In this document: piece by piece, positions 1 through 13,022 of the stretch
Numbering within the stretch: position 1 is the first letter of the stretch
Layout: every line of letters starts with the position of its first letter
NCBI RefSeq assembly: GCF_018350175.1
Contig: NC_058368.1
Coordinates: 182,964,001-183,028,000, forward strand
Reading direction: 5' to 3'
Source: Felis catus
Lineage: Eukaryota
DNA length: 64,000 bases
Translations under genes and position numbers: made by a program
The notes under the pieces: generated by a model
What the model was told of the DNA's origin: nothing
What the model saw: only the letters and a program-made list of their open reading frames with translations
Databases searched by the model: none

Positions 1-344
1 AAAGCTCCTTACATATGGCATCATCAATCTTTACAACAGCTCTGTGAACTAGATGCTGTTACTACCCACATTTTACAGAAAAGTTAGGAAATTAACAAAT
101 AATTTTCTGAGGGCCTATAATATACTATGTACTACTTTAAATGGTAGGAATAGAGTTGTGAACAAGACAGTCTTGCCTTTAAGGTTAAAAAAATAAGAAA
201 TTTCTGGAGCTACTATTTGCTATGAAAAAGATAAAACAAGAATATTTCTGGAGTGTGAATGAGAGTGGAGATGGAAGCTTTTTGAGTTTGGATCATCAAA
301 ATACATATCTCTGAATTGACATTTAGGTTGAATTTAACTGATTC

Positions 345-465
345 AAACATTCATTCAACAAAAATCTGTTGAAGGTCTACTGTGTGCGAGGCGCCCTTAT
401 GGATACTAGAGAAACATTTGTAAACAAAACATAAAAATCCCTGTTCTACCAAAATTTGTGTGCTT
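345..465 (-). mobile_element. L2 LINE 3' end relic
   Basis: cattcattcaacaaaaatctgttgaaggtctactgtgtgcgaggc resembles the antisense L2 3' terminus (recalled consensus); a similar relic lies at ~95-180. Confidence 0.6.
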
Positions 466-1062
466 TTGGGGAAATAGGGCAAAAATAAAAATCAAGAATA
501 TATAAAAGGGAAAGTATTCTAAACAGGAAAGAAACTAAGGCTCAAAGAGATTAACAAGACCAAAAGCATGATAGGGGGCAAATCTTTGAGGAATTGCTGG
601 GGTTAAATGATAGATTTAGGGCAAGTAAGTAATAAGGAGGCTAAGAGGAGGATGTGAAACTAGGAGACTTGGTCAAAAAAAAGGACTGTTTGAACAGCAG
701 ATTTCTATAGTGAAGCCGACAAGACCCAGGGAATCATTATGGATATAAAATTGGATGGAGGTGAATATGATTAGAGATGAAATGGAAAAGAACTGAGACT
801 TCACAGTGTTTGGCTGTTCAAAAGCATACAGTACAAAAAAGGTGATAGCTCAGTCAGGATAGAGAGTAAGACCAATTATGAAAGCCTTCAACAAATGAGG
901 AGAAATGTCCATGACAGTGATGAAGAGAGAAAAGATGATAGTAATAATTCTCAAAGGAGCTGAGGATGTTCCAGAAGGGTAAAGGAGTAGATGAATAAAT
1001 TCTTGGAAGTCACATTAAAGTGCAAGGTCCTAATGATAGCCAGGTTTCAGATCAGTCATGGA

Positions 1063-1206
1063 TATGGTGACCATTTAATTGATCATATAAATAGGGATGC
1101 TTCCTTGAGTAAAAGAGAGAATTATTAATAGTGTGCGGAGATGCCAGGCATAAACTGGAACTATCCTGGAACTATCCTGGGCAACTCGGGATGCTTGTTC
1201 ACCCTA
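1063..1206. mobile_element. MER94-like hAT-Blackjack MITE
   Basis: Ends tatggtgacca ... tgttcacccta resemble the TAGGGTGACCA terminal inverted repeat; ~140 bp; internal tandem duplication of ctggaactatc. Confidence 0.7.
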
Positions 1207-2339
1207 ATCACAAAGTCGAGTGAACAGCCAATCAAGATATTATAGGATTGAAGATGTGGTTACCTACAAACATTTAAAAATCAATAAATATGATATATGT
1301 AAATTTTATTACAGATATTTTGTCAATGTCTATGTCAATAGAAAAAAAAAACTTTGTACAAGTTGGCATCTTGCAAAACAGATATGGTAGAGACTCCATG
1401 AGTAAGACATGCAGATATATGCAATATAAATTCATAATTAAAAAAAAACACTTCAGAAATGCCAATATAATATAAGCAAAATAGCATATTTGGAACTTTA
1501 GATGTATTGGATAACCTATAAAAAACATGGAACCAAGGACAGGTGAACATTTAAGACATCATATGAACAGGCAATAAAACAGGATAGAAGCACGTTAGTC
1601 ACATGAATTTTTAATTTTTTTGTTTGAAAGCAGAACACTGGGTCCACTCTTTACCACCAATAGGAACAGGATATTAGTTCCTTTCTTTAAAAAATGGGTT
1701 TTTAAGAGTAGTGACAATAAAGAAAATGTTCATAATCTTACTTTTTGTTTAATTCTCTTAAATTCTATCTTTAAAACAAAAGAAAGAAATGTGAAGTAAG
1801 GCTGTAGACTCTAAAATGTCTTGGTATTGCTGACGTATCCGGCAACGAGGATTAATGAGAAAATATTTGCAGCCACCAGAAACTACATGCTACTCCGTGA
1901 TATGTTAAGCTTCACATCCCATTTGAGGCCATTTAAATGGTAACAGAGTGAAGCTGAGTCGATAGGCTGTTAAAAATTCTTCATTAACTCTTCATTCTTT
2001 AGGAATGGCTTCTTTCATTGGCTATTTCAGAGCTTATTTCTTCAGTGCATTAGATTTTCTATCGCACTACTTAGGCTGAGAGTTGATTGGGAAGAAAAGA
2101 AAAAAATGCAGCCCCCAATTGTGAAAGGAGAAAAGGATTGCAATCTGTCTTCCTCAGTCACAATTTCTAGAGGAAGGTCAAAAAATGTTCATTTGTTCTC
2201 GCTCCCTTTTTCTTGGAAACTTCAACATTTCCCTTCAGAGATTCACTATCCACCTAGGTTTGTTCTTTTATTTTGTAATTTATCATTCATCCTTGAAATA
2301 GATATAGGTATAGACACATATAGATACATATATAGAGAA

Positions 2340-2450
2340 TTTAAGTTTCTTGAGGGCAAGGGTCACTGTTTTGTATTATCTATGTACCCAAGGGTCTGGA
2401 GAAGTTCCTCACATATAGTAAGCACTAAACAGATGTGTGGTGAATACATA
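2340..2450 (+). mobile_element. L2 3' end relic
   Basis: aagtttcttgagggcaagggtcactgttttgtatt...cacatatagtaagcactaaacagatgtgtggtgaat resembles the L2 3' end. Confidence 0.6.
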
Positions 2451-3371
2451 AATCTTTCTAAAAATCACACAATTGCATTTAAGACCCAAGTAAGGAGATC
2501 CACATTATCAACAAATTGATAGATCAGTGAGTGTTTTGATGGGCTGGAATCAGATGAATTAAAGGTTTTATAAGGGTGTATCTTTTTCTTAAATAGATAC
2601 ACACACCCCAGATATTCCTTGGAATTACAGTTTTTCCCTACATGTGGAATGAGCAAATATTAGAAGTTAAAATCCTGTTCTGATAGCTAGGACCATGAAA
2701 ATAGGGTTTATTAAAAAATTATGTAAAATCTTGCTATGACCCAACTATACCAAGCAAATTCTAACAACCAAATTCCAATGTAACCAAATAATATGAATTA
2801 TGTTTAATACATTTTTTGGAATTGTATGCACATCAAAAACATTTGTTGTGTACCTAATATAAATTCAGAGCTGCGTTAATATTTGACAAATAACCTGGGC
2901 ATTATTGGTTTCCATCCTCAAAGATCTTACATTTCAGGGCAGACATGACTTTACAATGAATACTGGGTAAACAAGAAAGAAAGGCACATTTGAGTTTTTG
3001 AATTGACTAGACACAGTAAATAAGGACATTATTAGTTTAAGAATAATACACAGGTGAGAGGATCAAGAGGGAAAATAAAATGTGATCTGTTTGGGGTAAG
3101 GTGGGGTAAGTTTCAAATACATCTAGGTAGAAGAATCTAGGGGATAAAAATACAATTTAAAATGGAGACACACTAGAATCAGTTCAGCCCATAGGAATTG
3201 ATAAGATCACTCTAGGAAAAGACATAAAACAAAAACATGTAAGGGCTTGAGATGAAAGAGAAATTCTGAGAAAACCTGATGATAAAGGTAGCATTATAAA
3301 GGGGAAGAAAGGAGTAATTAACAGGGTCAGACTATGAGATGAAATAAAATAAGGATTAAAGATAGCATGTT

Positions 3372-3861
3372 CTAAACAGCATACCTGTATTTCTTGGATA
3401 AATACCTAGTAGTGCAAGTGCAGGGTCATAGGGTAGTTCTATTTTTAATTTTTTGAGGACCCTCCATACTGTTTTCCAGAGTGGCTGCACCAGTTTGCAT
3501 TCCCAACAGCAGTGCAAAAGAGATCCTCTTTCTCTCCATCCTCGCCAACATCTGTTGTTGCCTGAGTTGTTAATGTTAGCCATCTTGACAGGTGTGAGGT
3601 GGTGTCTCATTGTGGTTTTGATTTATATTTCCTTGATGATGAGTGATGGTGAGCATTTTTTCATGTGTCAGTTGGCCATCTGGATGTCTTCTTTGGAGAA
3701 GTGTTTAGTCATGTCTTTTGCCCATTTCTTCACTGGATTACTTGTTTTTTTATTTGAAGGGGCACATGCACCCCAATGTTTATAGCAGCACTATCAACAA
3801 TAGCCAAAGTTGGAAAGAGCCCAAATGTCCATTGATGGATGAATGGATAAAGAAGACACAT

Positions 3862-3901
<40 letters not shown>

Positions 3902-4266
3902 GAATATTACTCGGCAATCAAAAAGAATGAAATCTTGCCATTTGCAAGAGGGTATTATGTTAAGTGAAATTAGTCAGTCAGAGAAAGACAAATATCATAT
4001 AACTTCACTCACATGAGGACTTTCAGATACAAAACAGACGAACATAAGGGAAGGGAAGCAAAAATAATACAAAAACAGGGAGGGGGACAAAACATAAGAG
4101 ACTCTTAAATAATGGAGAACAGAGGGTTGCTGGAGGAGTTGTGGGAGGAGGGATGGTCTAAAGGGTAAGGAAATTAAGGAATCTACTCCTGAAATCATTG
4201 TTGCACTATATGCTAAATAACTTGGATGTAAATTAAAAAAATAAATTAATTAAAAAAATATGTTAA
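3372..4266 (+). mobile_element. 5'-truncated, 5'-inverted carnivore L1 (inverted 3372-~3750, sense ~3753-4266)
   Basis: Minus ORF 3356-3610 is the L1 ORF2 C-terminus ([27 protein letters not shown]); the sense part continues the same protein region into the 3'UTR and A-tail; diverged TSD aaagatagcatgtt (3358-3371) / aaaactagcttgtt (4267-4280). Confidence 0.93.
3857..3899. repeat. (CA)n microsatellite inside L1
   Basis: Directly visible. Confidence 0.95.
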
Positions 4267-7200
4267 AAAACTAGCTTGTTAACTTTTGTAGTTGCTCACT
4301 CCCTGATGACTATCGCAGCAGCCTTTTCACCAGGTGAACTGTGAAAGGGAAGCTTACATTTCTAATGATAAACTGATATGTAGGTTCTGTGGCCACATAG
4401 GTCCATATTGTTTACCCAGTTCTCTTTACTGATAAATATCTGAGCTTATTTACATTCTATGCTCCAGCATAATCTAAAAGCTTTGGGAAATGGGTGTCTT
4501 GAAAAGTTAATGCACTTCCCTAAGCACCTGAGTGATAAATTCACTGGGGAAAACAAGATACCATATGTCTATTTGGGAAATTTATAATGCACGTAATTAC
4601 TCACATTACATTGTCACATATGAATTATTTCTCAATAACAAGTCTAATCTTAGTCCTCCTGTAATAGAATATTATCTAAAGAATAAAGACTACATAGAAC
4701 AATAAGTATGAAAAAAAAGCAACTTTCAAGTTCTACTGCAAAGTTAACATAACAGAATGAAGAGCAGTGAACAATTTTTGACACAAGAAATCAAGGAGAA
4801 GATTATAAGTAATAAAGTACACATTTTAATTGCAAGTGAAACCACTCATTCTATTTTAGGAACAAAGGTAAAAAATTGTTTAATCATATTCCTACACCTT
4901 CTCTCTCTCTCTCTCTGTCTCCCCTTTATTTTTTTCCTGCAATTTCACAGTTTGTTTTTTCTGAATGCCATGATATTTAAAGTTAACTTCCTAAATTTCC
5001 ATGAACACAAATGAAATAAAGCAGATTATCCTGATAACTTCTTTTTTTTATCACCTTTTCAAATTTGAATTCATGTATATTAGGTGAAAGACATAGACAA
5101 AGATTGTTAGTGGGACTCATGGGGCCTTTTTTCTGGTTTTGAATTTCTGGCAAACAGATTGCTGCAGCTTTGACAGTAAAAATAGCAGATGGGATTAATT
5201 AACTGGGTGACAACTCTTCAGACCTACCTAAATTAATATTTTTCTCCAAACAATGTATTCTGATTATCATAAAACTAACTGACGTTTATAGAAATAGAGT
5301 TTGGTCCCAATGATTTTCAAAGTGTATGTGGAGCTACTTTTTTTTTCCTAAAAAGGGCTGGTTTAGTCTGCTATTTGCATGTTAATCTTTCTAATCATTT
5401 TCTTGAAGAAAGCAATCATACCTAAGGAAGTACATCTTGTTTGTAATGCTAGAATTTGTCCTGACCTCGGATCCTCTTTCCTCTGCAGGAGTAAAAGGTG
5501 CAGGAGATTGATTTGTTCACAGAAATTCTTCTCAAACCCAAACCTCCAAGGAACAATTAATTATCTTTATATGAAAATTCAAAATCAACACATCAATATA
5601 ACATTTTCACCAGACTGTTTAAGCTATTTAGGATCTGAGGACAAAGGCGCATGTGTTTTTTTTAAATAAAAAAAGCACATTTTATCAAAGTTAGATAATG
5701 TAAGCTGACAGAAAGATCACAATTTTATAGACCTTAATATATGTATACATCCTTCATCTCCTTCTTTCTCTGTTTCTATACACATATACACACATACATA
5801 TGTATATATGAATGCAATATTCATATGTATACATACAAAAGGCTATAAAGGGAAAACCCCATATTTCATAGTATATATGTATACATATAGTTCACAGAAT
5901 ATATGTGAACATATATGCATATATGTATACACATATATATTTATATTCTATGAAATATGGGATTTTCTTTTTAAAGCCATTTGCAGGAGCACAAGTTCAA
6001 ATAAAGTAGGACTGCAAAGACCAGTGTAGCACTTTTGTTAGCAGGAGGCATAACTTTTAATTTGGGGCCATTTCAGGTCTGACAAGAAAACTGTAGGGAA
6101 GAATCACACATTTGGGGGCTTCCTTAGGAATTGCTTTACATACTTTACCATTTAGCGTTATGAACTCTACCTACATCGAGAGACCCAAATGTGAAAAGCA
6201 CCATTAACCTGTTATTTAGTTTATCATATAAATATTGTTGAGAATTTCCTCACTTCCTTCCTCTTCCTCACTCTACTATAGTTTCCTAGCTATGAAGCCT
6301 AGTGGGAAAAATGTTCTTTAAAGTCAAGAAAAGCCTTGTGCAGCCTGTGAGAAATGTCATTTAAGTGATTGGTTAGGTTTGCCTTTCTGCTTTGATGGCC
6401 AAAGGAGCATAGTACCATATTTGTTGGCAAATTTTACAATGTTTAGAAAATTTGACTTATCCATTCTAATATTTCCTTTGGTTTTGAGGTCCTATTATAA
6501 TTTAGAGTATTATTTGATATTTTTTTCTAAAATTGTGTTTAGGTAGGTAGGTAGATAGATAGATGTATACACACATACATTATATAAATAGATACACATA
6601 TATATTTCTATCAATTTCAATTTATAAATATTTTAATCTACAGGTATTCCTATGTAGAAGAGGTTTGGTATAACAAGAAGAAAAAACAGAACTCTGGGTC
6701 CTAAAACAACCCATTTTAAAAGGAGATTCCTTACCATTTATTAATTGTAAAGTACTACTACTAATAATAATAAAAAGTTTTTCCTTGGTTTTGTTTCTTC
6801 TTTCCCTTCCTGCCCCCTTTTTTCTCTCTCTCTTTTTTATTTTTATTTATTTATTTTTTGCAGATGGCTCTGAAATAACAATATTCTTCCCTCTTGTGCT
6901 ATACCTTCCCTCAAATTTAGATTTAAATGCAGATTTATAGCTATAGCTAGTTTTGTTATAAACAAATAAATGCAGAATTTACACAAATAAATGCAGAATT
7001 TACAGCTATGAAACTAACCAGAGAAAGAGAGTAAGAAGTAGGGCACTTTTTTTTCCTCCTTTAATCTTATGTGAAACAAACTGTCTGGAAGTTTTCCTAA
7101 AAAGTTTTATACAAGACAGTTTATTAAAGATCGTGTTTCAGAGTAAGCTATTTTGTACTATGTTACTTCAGAACTCTCTATTAACTCATCCAAGCCCCAA

Positions 7201-8062
7201 GGGAACTATTTAGCAAATGCCTGATTTAGTCAACCAGCTGAATAAAAGCAAAGGAACTTTAGGTAGAACATAGGATGACAAAACAAAACAAAGCAAAATA
7301 TACAGAATACATACTTTAATTTCAGCCAATAATTCTTACTTTTATTTTGCTTAATATTTTATCAATTTTCTTTGCTTTAAAATAGTACTATTTCTTCCTG
7401 CTCCTAACATTGATGAAGACATCCATTAATAAAGGGTACGACAGTGAAAGTGAAATAAGAGTATTTTAAGAGAAATGTCAAGCACAGATTCTTTCTGGGC
7501 AATTTCCTTAGTTTCTTCTGGTATCAGTTTTTTATTTTGAAGGTAATTTATGCCATCCTTCATTTCAGACATTACCTAGTCTAATCCATGTTGAAATACA
7601 TAATGAGTCTTTGATTAATTAAATACAATGTCCTGTAGTTTTATAAAAAAACATAAAACCAGTATTTAAAATAAAACAAAATATTAGAAAAAAATGTTTT
7701 TTAACAATGGAAATAGACCAATTTCATGCCAACTTCCTATATCATTATCTTATTAACTTATTAAACACAATTTCAGACAACTTTAAAATATTAAAAGCAT
7801 CAAAAATATTAAAATATATTACTCGAAATAATGAAGTTTCTACTATTAAAGAATTTCTTAAAACAAAATTGTTACTTTTTACATTGTTTGAAAAAAGTCT
7901 GTTTTGAAGTGTTAATTTTTTAGGTATCAAGTTTTTAAATGACAAGCAAGAAACTTACAGATTTTTCCAGCATTTTTTTCCTAATCTATGACTTTTCCAG
8001 AGTCCCTCCCACCTCACCCTTGATTGGATACCTATGCAGCACATTTAAAGTATATTCATCTA

Positions 8063-8769
8063 TTGTTGAGAGTGCTGCTATGAACATTGGGGTACAAGCG
8101 GCCCTATGCATCAGTACTCCTGTATCCCTTGGATAAATTCCTAGCAGTGCTATTGCTGGGTCATAGGGTAGGTCTATTTTTAATTTTCTGAGGAACCTCC
8201 ACACTGCTTTCCAGAGCGGCTGCACCAATTTGCATTCCCACCAACAGTGCAAGAGGGTTCCCGTTTCTCCACATCCTCTCCAGCATCTATAGTCTCCTGA
8301 TTTGTTCATTTTGGCCACTCTGACTGGCGTGAGGTAAGAGCCTAAATGTCCATCAACTGATGAATGGATAAAGAAATTGTGGTTTATATACACAATGGAA
8401 TTCTACGTGGCAATGAGAAAAAATGAAATATGGCCTTTTGTAGCAACGTGGATGGAACTGGAGAGTGTGATGCTAAGTGAAATAAGCCATACAGAGAAAG
8501 ACAGATACCATATGGTTTCACTCTTATGTGGATCCTGAGAAACTTAACAGGAACCCATGGGGGAGGGGAAGGAAAAAAAAAAAAAAGAGGTTAGAGTGGG
8601 AGAGAGCCAAAGCATAAGAGACTGTTAAAAACTGAGAACAAACTGAGGGTTGATGGGGGGTGGGAGGGAGGAGAGGGTGGGTGATGGGTATTGAGGAGGG
8701 CACCTTTTGGGATGAGCACTGGGTGTTGTATGGAAACCAATTTGTCAATAAATTTCATATAAAAAAAAT
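8063..8769 (+). mobile_element. Young felid L1 3' end with 5' inversion (inverted 8063-8335, sense 8336-8769)
   Basis: Minus ORF 7986-8393 carries ORF2 C-terminal motifs ([26 protein letters not shown]); sense 3'UTR with aataaa and A-tail; perfect TSD aaagtatattcatcta at 8047-8062 and 8770-8785. Confidence 0.96.
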
Positions 8770-9069
8770 AAAGTATATTCATCTAATATGTATAATATAC
8801 TGACGTAAGTCAGTAATGGAGGTATGATATAAAGTCTCTGATCCATTCTTTAGTTACATTTTTTTTCTTAGATTCCTAGAACTAAATAAAAAAAATCAAT
8901 AACATATAATATTCTAAATATCAATATTGTGGTATATCATGGTAATACCACAATGACTAAAATAGCAATAGTGTTTGATCTTCACTAACTCAAAGGCTGA
9001 CATCCTTAATGTATGTAATATTTGCAGTCTATATCCTTTCACTGACATTTAAGAGTAATCTAGGGCATA

Positions 9070-9838
9070 ATGGCACTTTACTCATAACTACTTAGTATTT
9101 CTTGAGAACTAAGACATTCACCTTCATAACCATAGTATAATCATCAAAATAAGGAAATTCAACCAAAATATAATAGCATTATCTAATCCAAAATCCAAAT
9201 TTAAATCTGATTAATTGTTCCAATAATCTTTGTTTTAGTTATATTTTTCCCCAGCCCAAGAAGCAATCCAGGATCATGCATTGCTTTTCGATACCATTAC
9301 TTCATTAGTCTCTTTTAACTTAGAAAATATCTCAGCTTTTCTTTGTGTACATTGAAGTTGACATCTTTGAAAAGTAAAGGTCAGTTATTTTATAAACTAG
9401 CTCTCAATTTGAGCTTATCTCTTGTTTCTCATGACTAGAGTCAGATTATGCATTTGGGAAGAACTATCACAAAAGTGGTATCATGTCCTTTTGAGGTTCC
9501 ATATTAGGAAGCCCATGATATCTGTCCCAATATTAGTGATGTTAACTGTAATGTCTTGGTTAAGGTGTACAGGTTTCTACCTTATAAAATTATGTCCTCT
9601 TTTATAATTTAATGAGAACCATTAGTAAACACTGATAACTCTCTAGGTCCATAATGTTTTCTAGATGTATTATTTTAATCCTACTTAAGAGGAAAACAAA
9701 TCTATTGATTTATTTTATTTATTTATATCAATGTAGCCCCATAGATACTTATTGTATTCAGTTATGGGTCATTCATCACTACCAGATGGTCAAATTGTCC
9801 CAGATATGACAAGAGAAAGCACTTTCAAAACGGTTTCT
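9070..9838 (-). mobile_element. Ancient L1MC4/L1MC5-like 3' end
   Basis: aagacattcaccttcataaccatagtataatcatcaaaataaggaaattc, tccaggatcatgcattgc and agattatgcatttgggaagaactatcac resemble the antisense L1MC 3'UTR (recalled). Confidence 0.65.
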
Positions 9839-10681
9839 GTAGGTATCTAATTTTTATCTGCCTAGCTTGCCCTCGTCTGAATTTCTCAGAAATGCTCTTT
9901 CTCCATTTCTTTCTACTTATTGGAGTAACCATGTTTTTGCAATGGGACACTAAGAAATTGAACATGGTTTACCATTCTATGAACAGGCATGTGACTAAAA
10001 CTAACCAAATGAATATCACCTTCTCAGATGCCACTGGCTGATTTGTCAAAGTGTGTGCAGCTAACCCTACCTGGGCCAGTGGCCTCCCCGCTTAGGACTT
10101 GAAAATGAAATTAAATAATTTTAATTTCAATCTACCCAGTCCCTTGGAGGATAAATTAATATTTAACTTAAGGGTGATGTAATCCTTGAACACACTTAAT
10201 TTGCTCTTGTAATGCCCCATCAAAGTGTATATTCAATACATATCATCCCCTCCTTTAATGTTTTTGTTTGTTTGATTTCTGCCTGCTAAACAAGATGTCG
10301 GCTGGCAGAAGACTTTCAGTCTATTATCCCGTGCCTTTAAATCATTAGACTCAACTTTCCTCACAAATAACCTTTTGGTAACATTCATTACACTTAGGGT
10401 TTCTAGTCTACCCCTTCCTACTCTTGCCCCTAATGCTAATATAACAAGTGCTGCATACTTTTCTCTCAATGAAAAATTTTATCTACTCTTCTGTTTTGCC
10501 TGATTTAGAATAGTTTACCTGATGTCCTATGCTCTGAAAGAAGAGAAAAGCAAATCAGACGTGAAGTCCACTCTAAATTCACAACTTTGGGCAAGGAAAG
10601 AATTTATAGTCTTTGCTAAAAGCAATGTTAGTAGTCATAGAATCAGAAAACATTGTTCCTCATTAAGATATAATAGACATT

Positions 10682-10854
10682 GGGGCACCTGGGTGGCTCA
10701 GTAGGTTAAGCATCTGACTTCGGCTCAGGTCATGCTCTCGCAGGACATGGGTTTGTTCCCCTCGTCGGGCTCTGTGCTGACAGCTCAGAGCCTGGATCCT
10801 GCTTTAGATCCTGTGTCTTGCTCTCTCTCTCTGCACTCCCCTGCTTGTGTTCTG

Positions 10855-10902
<48 letters not shown>

Positions 10903-10929
10903 AATAAACATTGAAAAACTAAAAACAAA
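10682..10929 (+). mobile_element. Can-SINE (SINEC)
   Basis: ggggcacctgggtggctcag head, (CT)n, aaataaacatt tail; TSD aagatataatagacatt / aagacataatggacatt (10665-10681, 10930-10946). Confidence 0.97.
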
Positions 10930-12598
10930 AAGACATAATGGACATTATAGGGTTCTGACTTACAAAACTCATATGAGTATATAAATTATAAAAGTTACAT
11001 GTAGACTATTTAGAATACAATATTTCAGTATACCTTATTAGTTAACTCCTATGTATAATAATACTATATGTTGCTCTATCAATCTTATCTCTTATAAAAC
11101 TACAATTGTAGTTTTTAAAAATCTTGAAAATTATTTTTAAAGTGATTCATAAGACAAATTCCTATTTGAGGTTATTATCAGGAAACAAGTTTTCTGTACT
11201 ATATTTCCAGCAAACAAAAATGTGTAATAGTATTTCCATTCCTACCCCAAAAAACAGAAAAGCTAAAGGCAATCACATTACCCAAATCAGATAATCCAAT
11301 TAAAATAAACATATAAAAACATGTACTAGTTATTTTTTTGGATAGTCTTTCTCCTACATTATCCTTATCTGGATTTTTCAAAACTTCATATTACTTTTAA
11401 AAATTAATAAAAATGCACAGCTTAATTTATAAGCTAATATAAATATTTTTGAAAGGAGATGGGCAATATAATGCATTAATCATGAATTTTACCAAAGTTA
11501 ATTTATTTGCTGATGAATAGAATTGTTAATTTGCATATCCTCTTGACATAGGTCCTAAGTATTGAACTGATGTATCAGATAAATAGCAGTCTTCCTCACA
11601 ATAAAATTTAGTCTTCCCTAAATTCGTGTCTTCCTCACAATAGGAAAAAGTTGTCAGCTTTGGTCTGTCTTTTGCTTTTTGTATGCAGTGAACTGATTTC
11701 ATTTTGACTTCCATTTTTGGCATTCTTCTCTCTAAATACCCAAAGAAGAGCAATCTATGCCTCTAACCCCAGCAGAGAAGCTGAATGGCTTAAGGCAATT
11801 GTCCTTAGCACCCAATGGTTGGTTCAGAAATGAGTAGTTGAAGAAACTGTAGGGAAAATAAGGAGCAAGAAAATATGTACTTGGAGCTTCTGGGAAAAAA
11901 TGATTACTCATATTTTCATGAAATTTACCTAGATTGACATCTTCCTTCTGAATGTGAACAAGAAAGAATAAAGTCACCAGAATCTACTGAATGCTATCTT
12001 ACATCAGAAAGGGAGATAATATTAGGATGAGGTAGATACCTTATATCAGGTTTATTTATAGATTTTACTATGTCACTGGATTAAGCCTCACCTGGAATCC
12101 ACTGTCACTATCTCTGTACTTCTTGGTCAGTTCCCTTTAGTGTTTAAGACGTCAGATTTGCATTTTCTGTTACTTGCAATGGAAAGGTTCTTGAAAGACT
12201 TCATACCAACAGTAGTTGTTTGGACGATGGCATCAAATTGCATAATATTGATAAGGAAGGGACTCAGTAAGTATTTGTTTTATTTTATTTTATTTTATTT
12301 TTCTTGAGTTGGGGGAAAAGGCAGACTAAAGGAAGAAAAGATAAGGCACTTAAATATCTGCTGTTGGTTAAACTTAATAGAAAAATATTAGTATTATAGT
12401 TCTACTCATCTCTATACACTCCAGAAGCAGAGAAATAAAAGTGTCAACCTGATTACAGCTTACAACAGGGCAGCAAATTGGGATTTAAAGCAGATAACTA
12501 TGGGAGAAAAGGAATAGATGAATATCCTAGTTGTGAGTATGCAAAGTATCTACAGAAGGTCTTATTTGTTCTTGATTAGACACAATGAACATCTGCAT

Positions 12599-13022
12599 CA
12601 CTGGTTCTAGAATCTTAATGTACAAAGTAAATCCTTAAAGAATCTATTTAAAAATACGATTTTACTTGCTCTCAAATATGTTTTTAAAATATGATTTTAC
12701 TTGCTCTCAAATACGTTTGTTTGTTTGTTTGTTTTTGAGACAAAGAGTGTGAACAGAAGAGGGGCAGAGAGGGAGAGAGGGGACAATCCCATGCAAGCTC
12801 CATGCTGTCAGCAGAGTCCAATATGGGGCTTTACCTCACTGTGAGATTGTGACCTGAGCCTAAATCAAGAGTTGTAAGCTTAACCAACTGAGCCATCCAG
12901 GGGCCCCTCAAATATTTTTACTTAATTGTTTTAGAATAGAGCCAAAGTATCTTCATCTTTAGTAGCCTCCCCAGATTGTTCTGTTGCAGATGTTTCAAGG
13001 ACCACATTTTACACAACATTGC
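12599..13022. mobile_element. MER5-like hAT-Charlie element interrupted by a SINE
   Basis: Start cactggttctagaatc and end ctccccagattgttctg...gaccacattttacacaacattg resemble MER5 ends. Confidence 0.55.
12715..12907 (-). mobile_element. Can-SINE (older subfamily)
   Basis: (GTTT)n tail, purine tract, ttaaccaactgagccatccaggggcccc head; ctcaaata on both flanks. Confidence 0.93.

Noticed and set aside
2106..2519. 137-aa ATG ORF
   Set aside because: Runs through low-complexity and L2 sequence; no recognisable homology.
6815..6880. Strong splice-acceptor-like site (long pyrimidine tract + GCAG at 6860-6863)
   Set aside because: No convincing donor or ORF follows; such tracts are common by chance. 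Needs RNA-seq.
10682..10770. tRNA gene (A/B-box-like sequence)
   Set aside because: tRNA-derived head of a Can-SINE followed by (CT)n, A-tail and TSD; the same applies to the other SINE heads.
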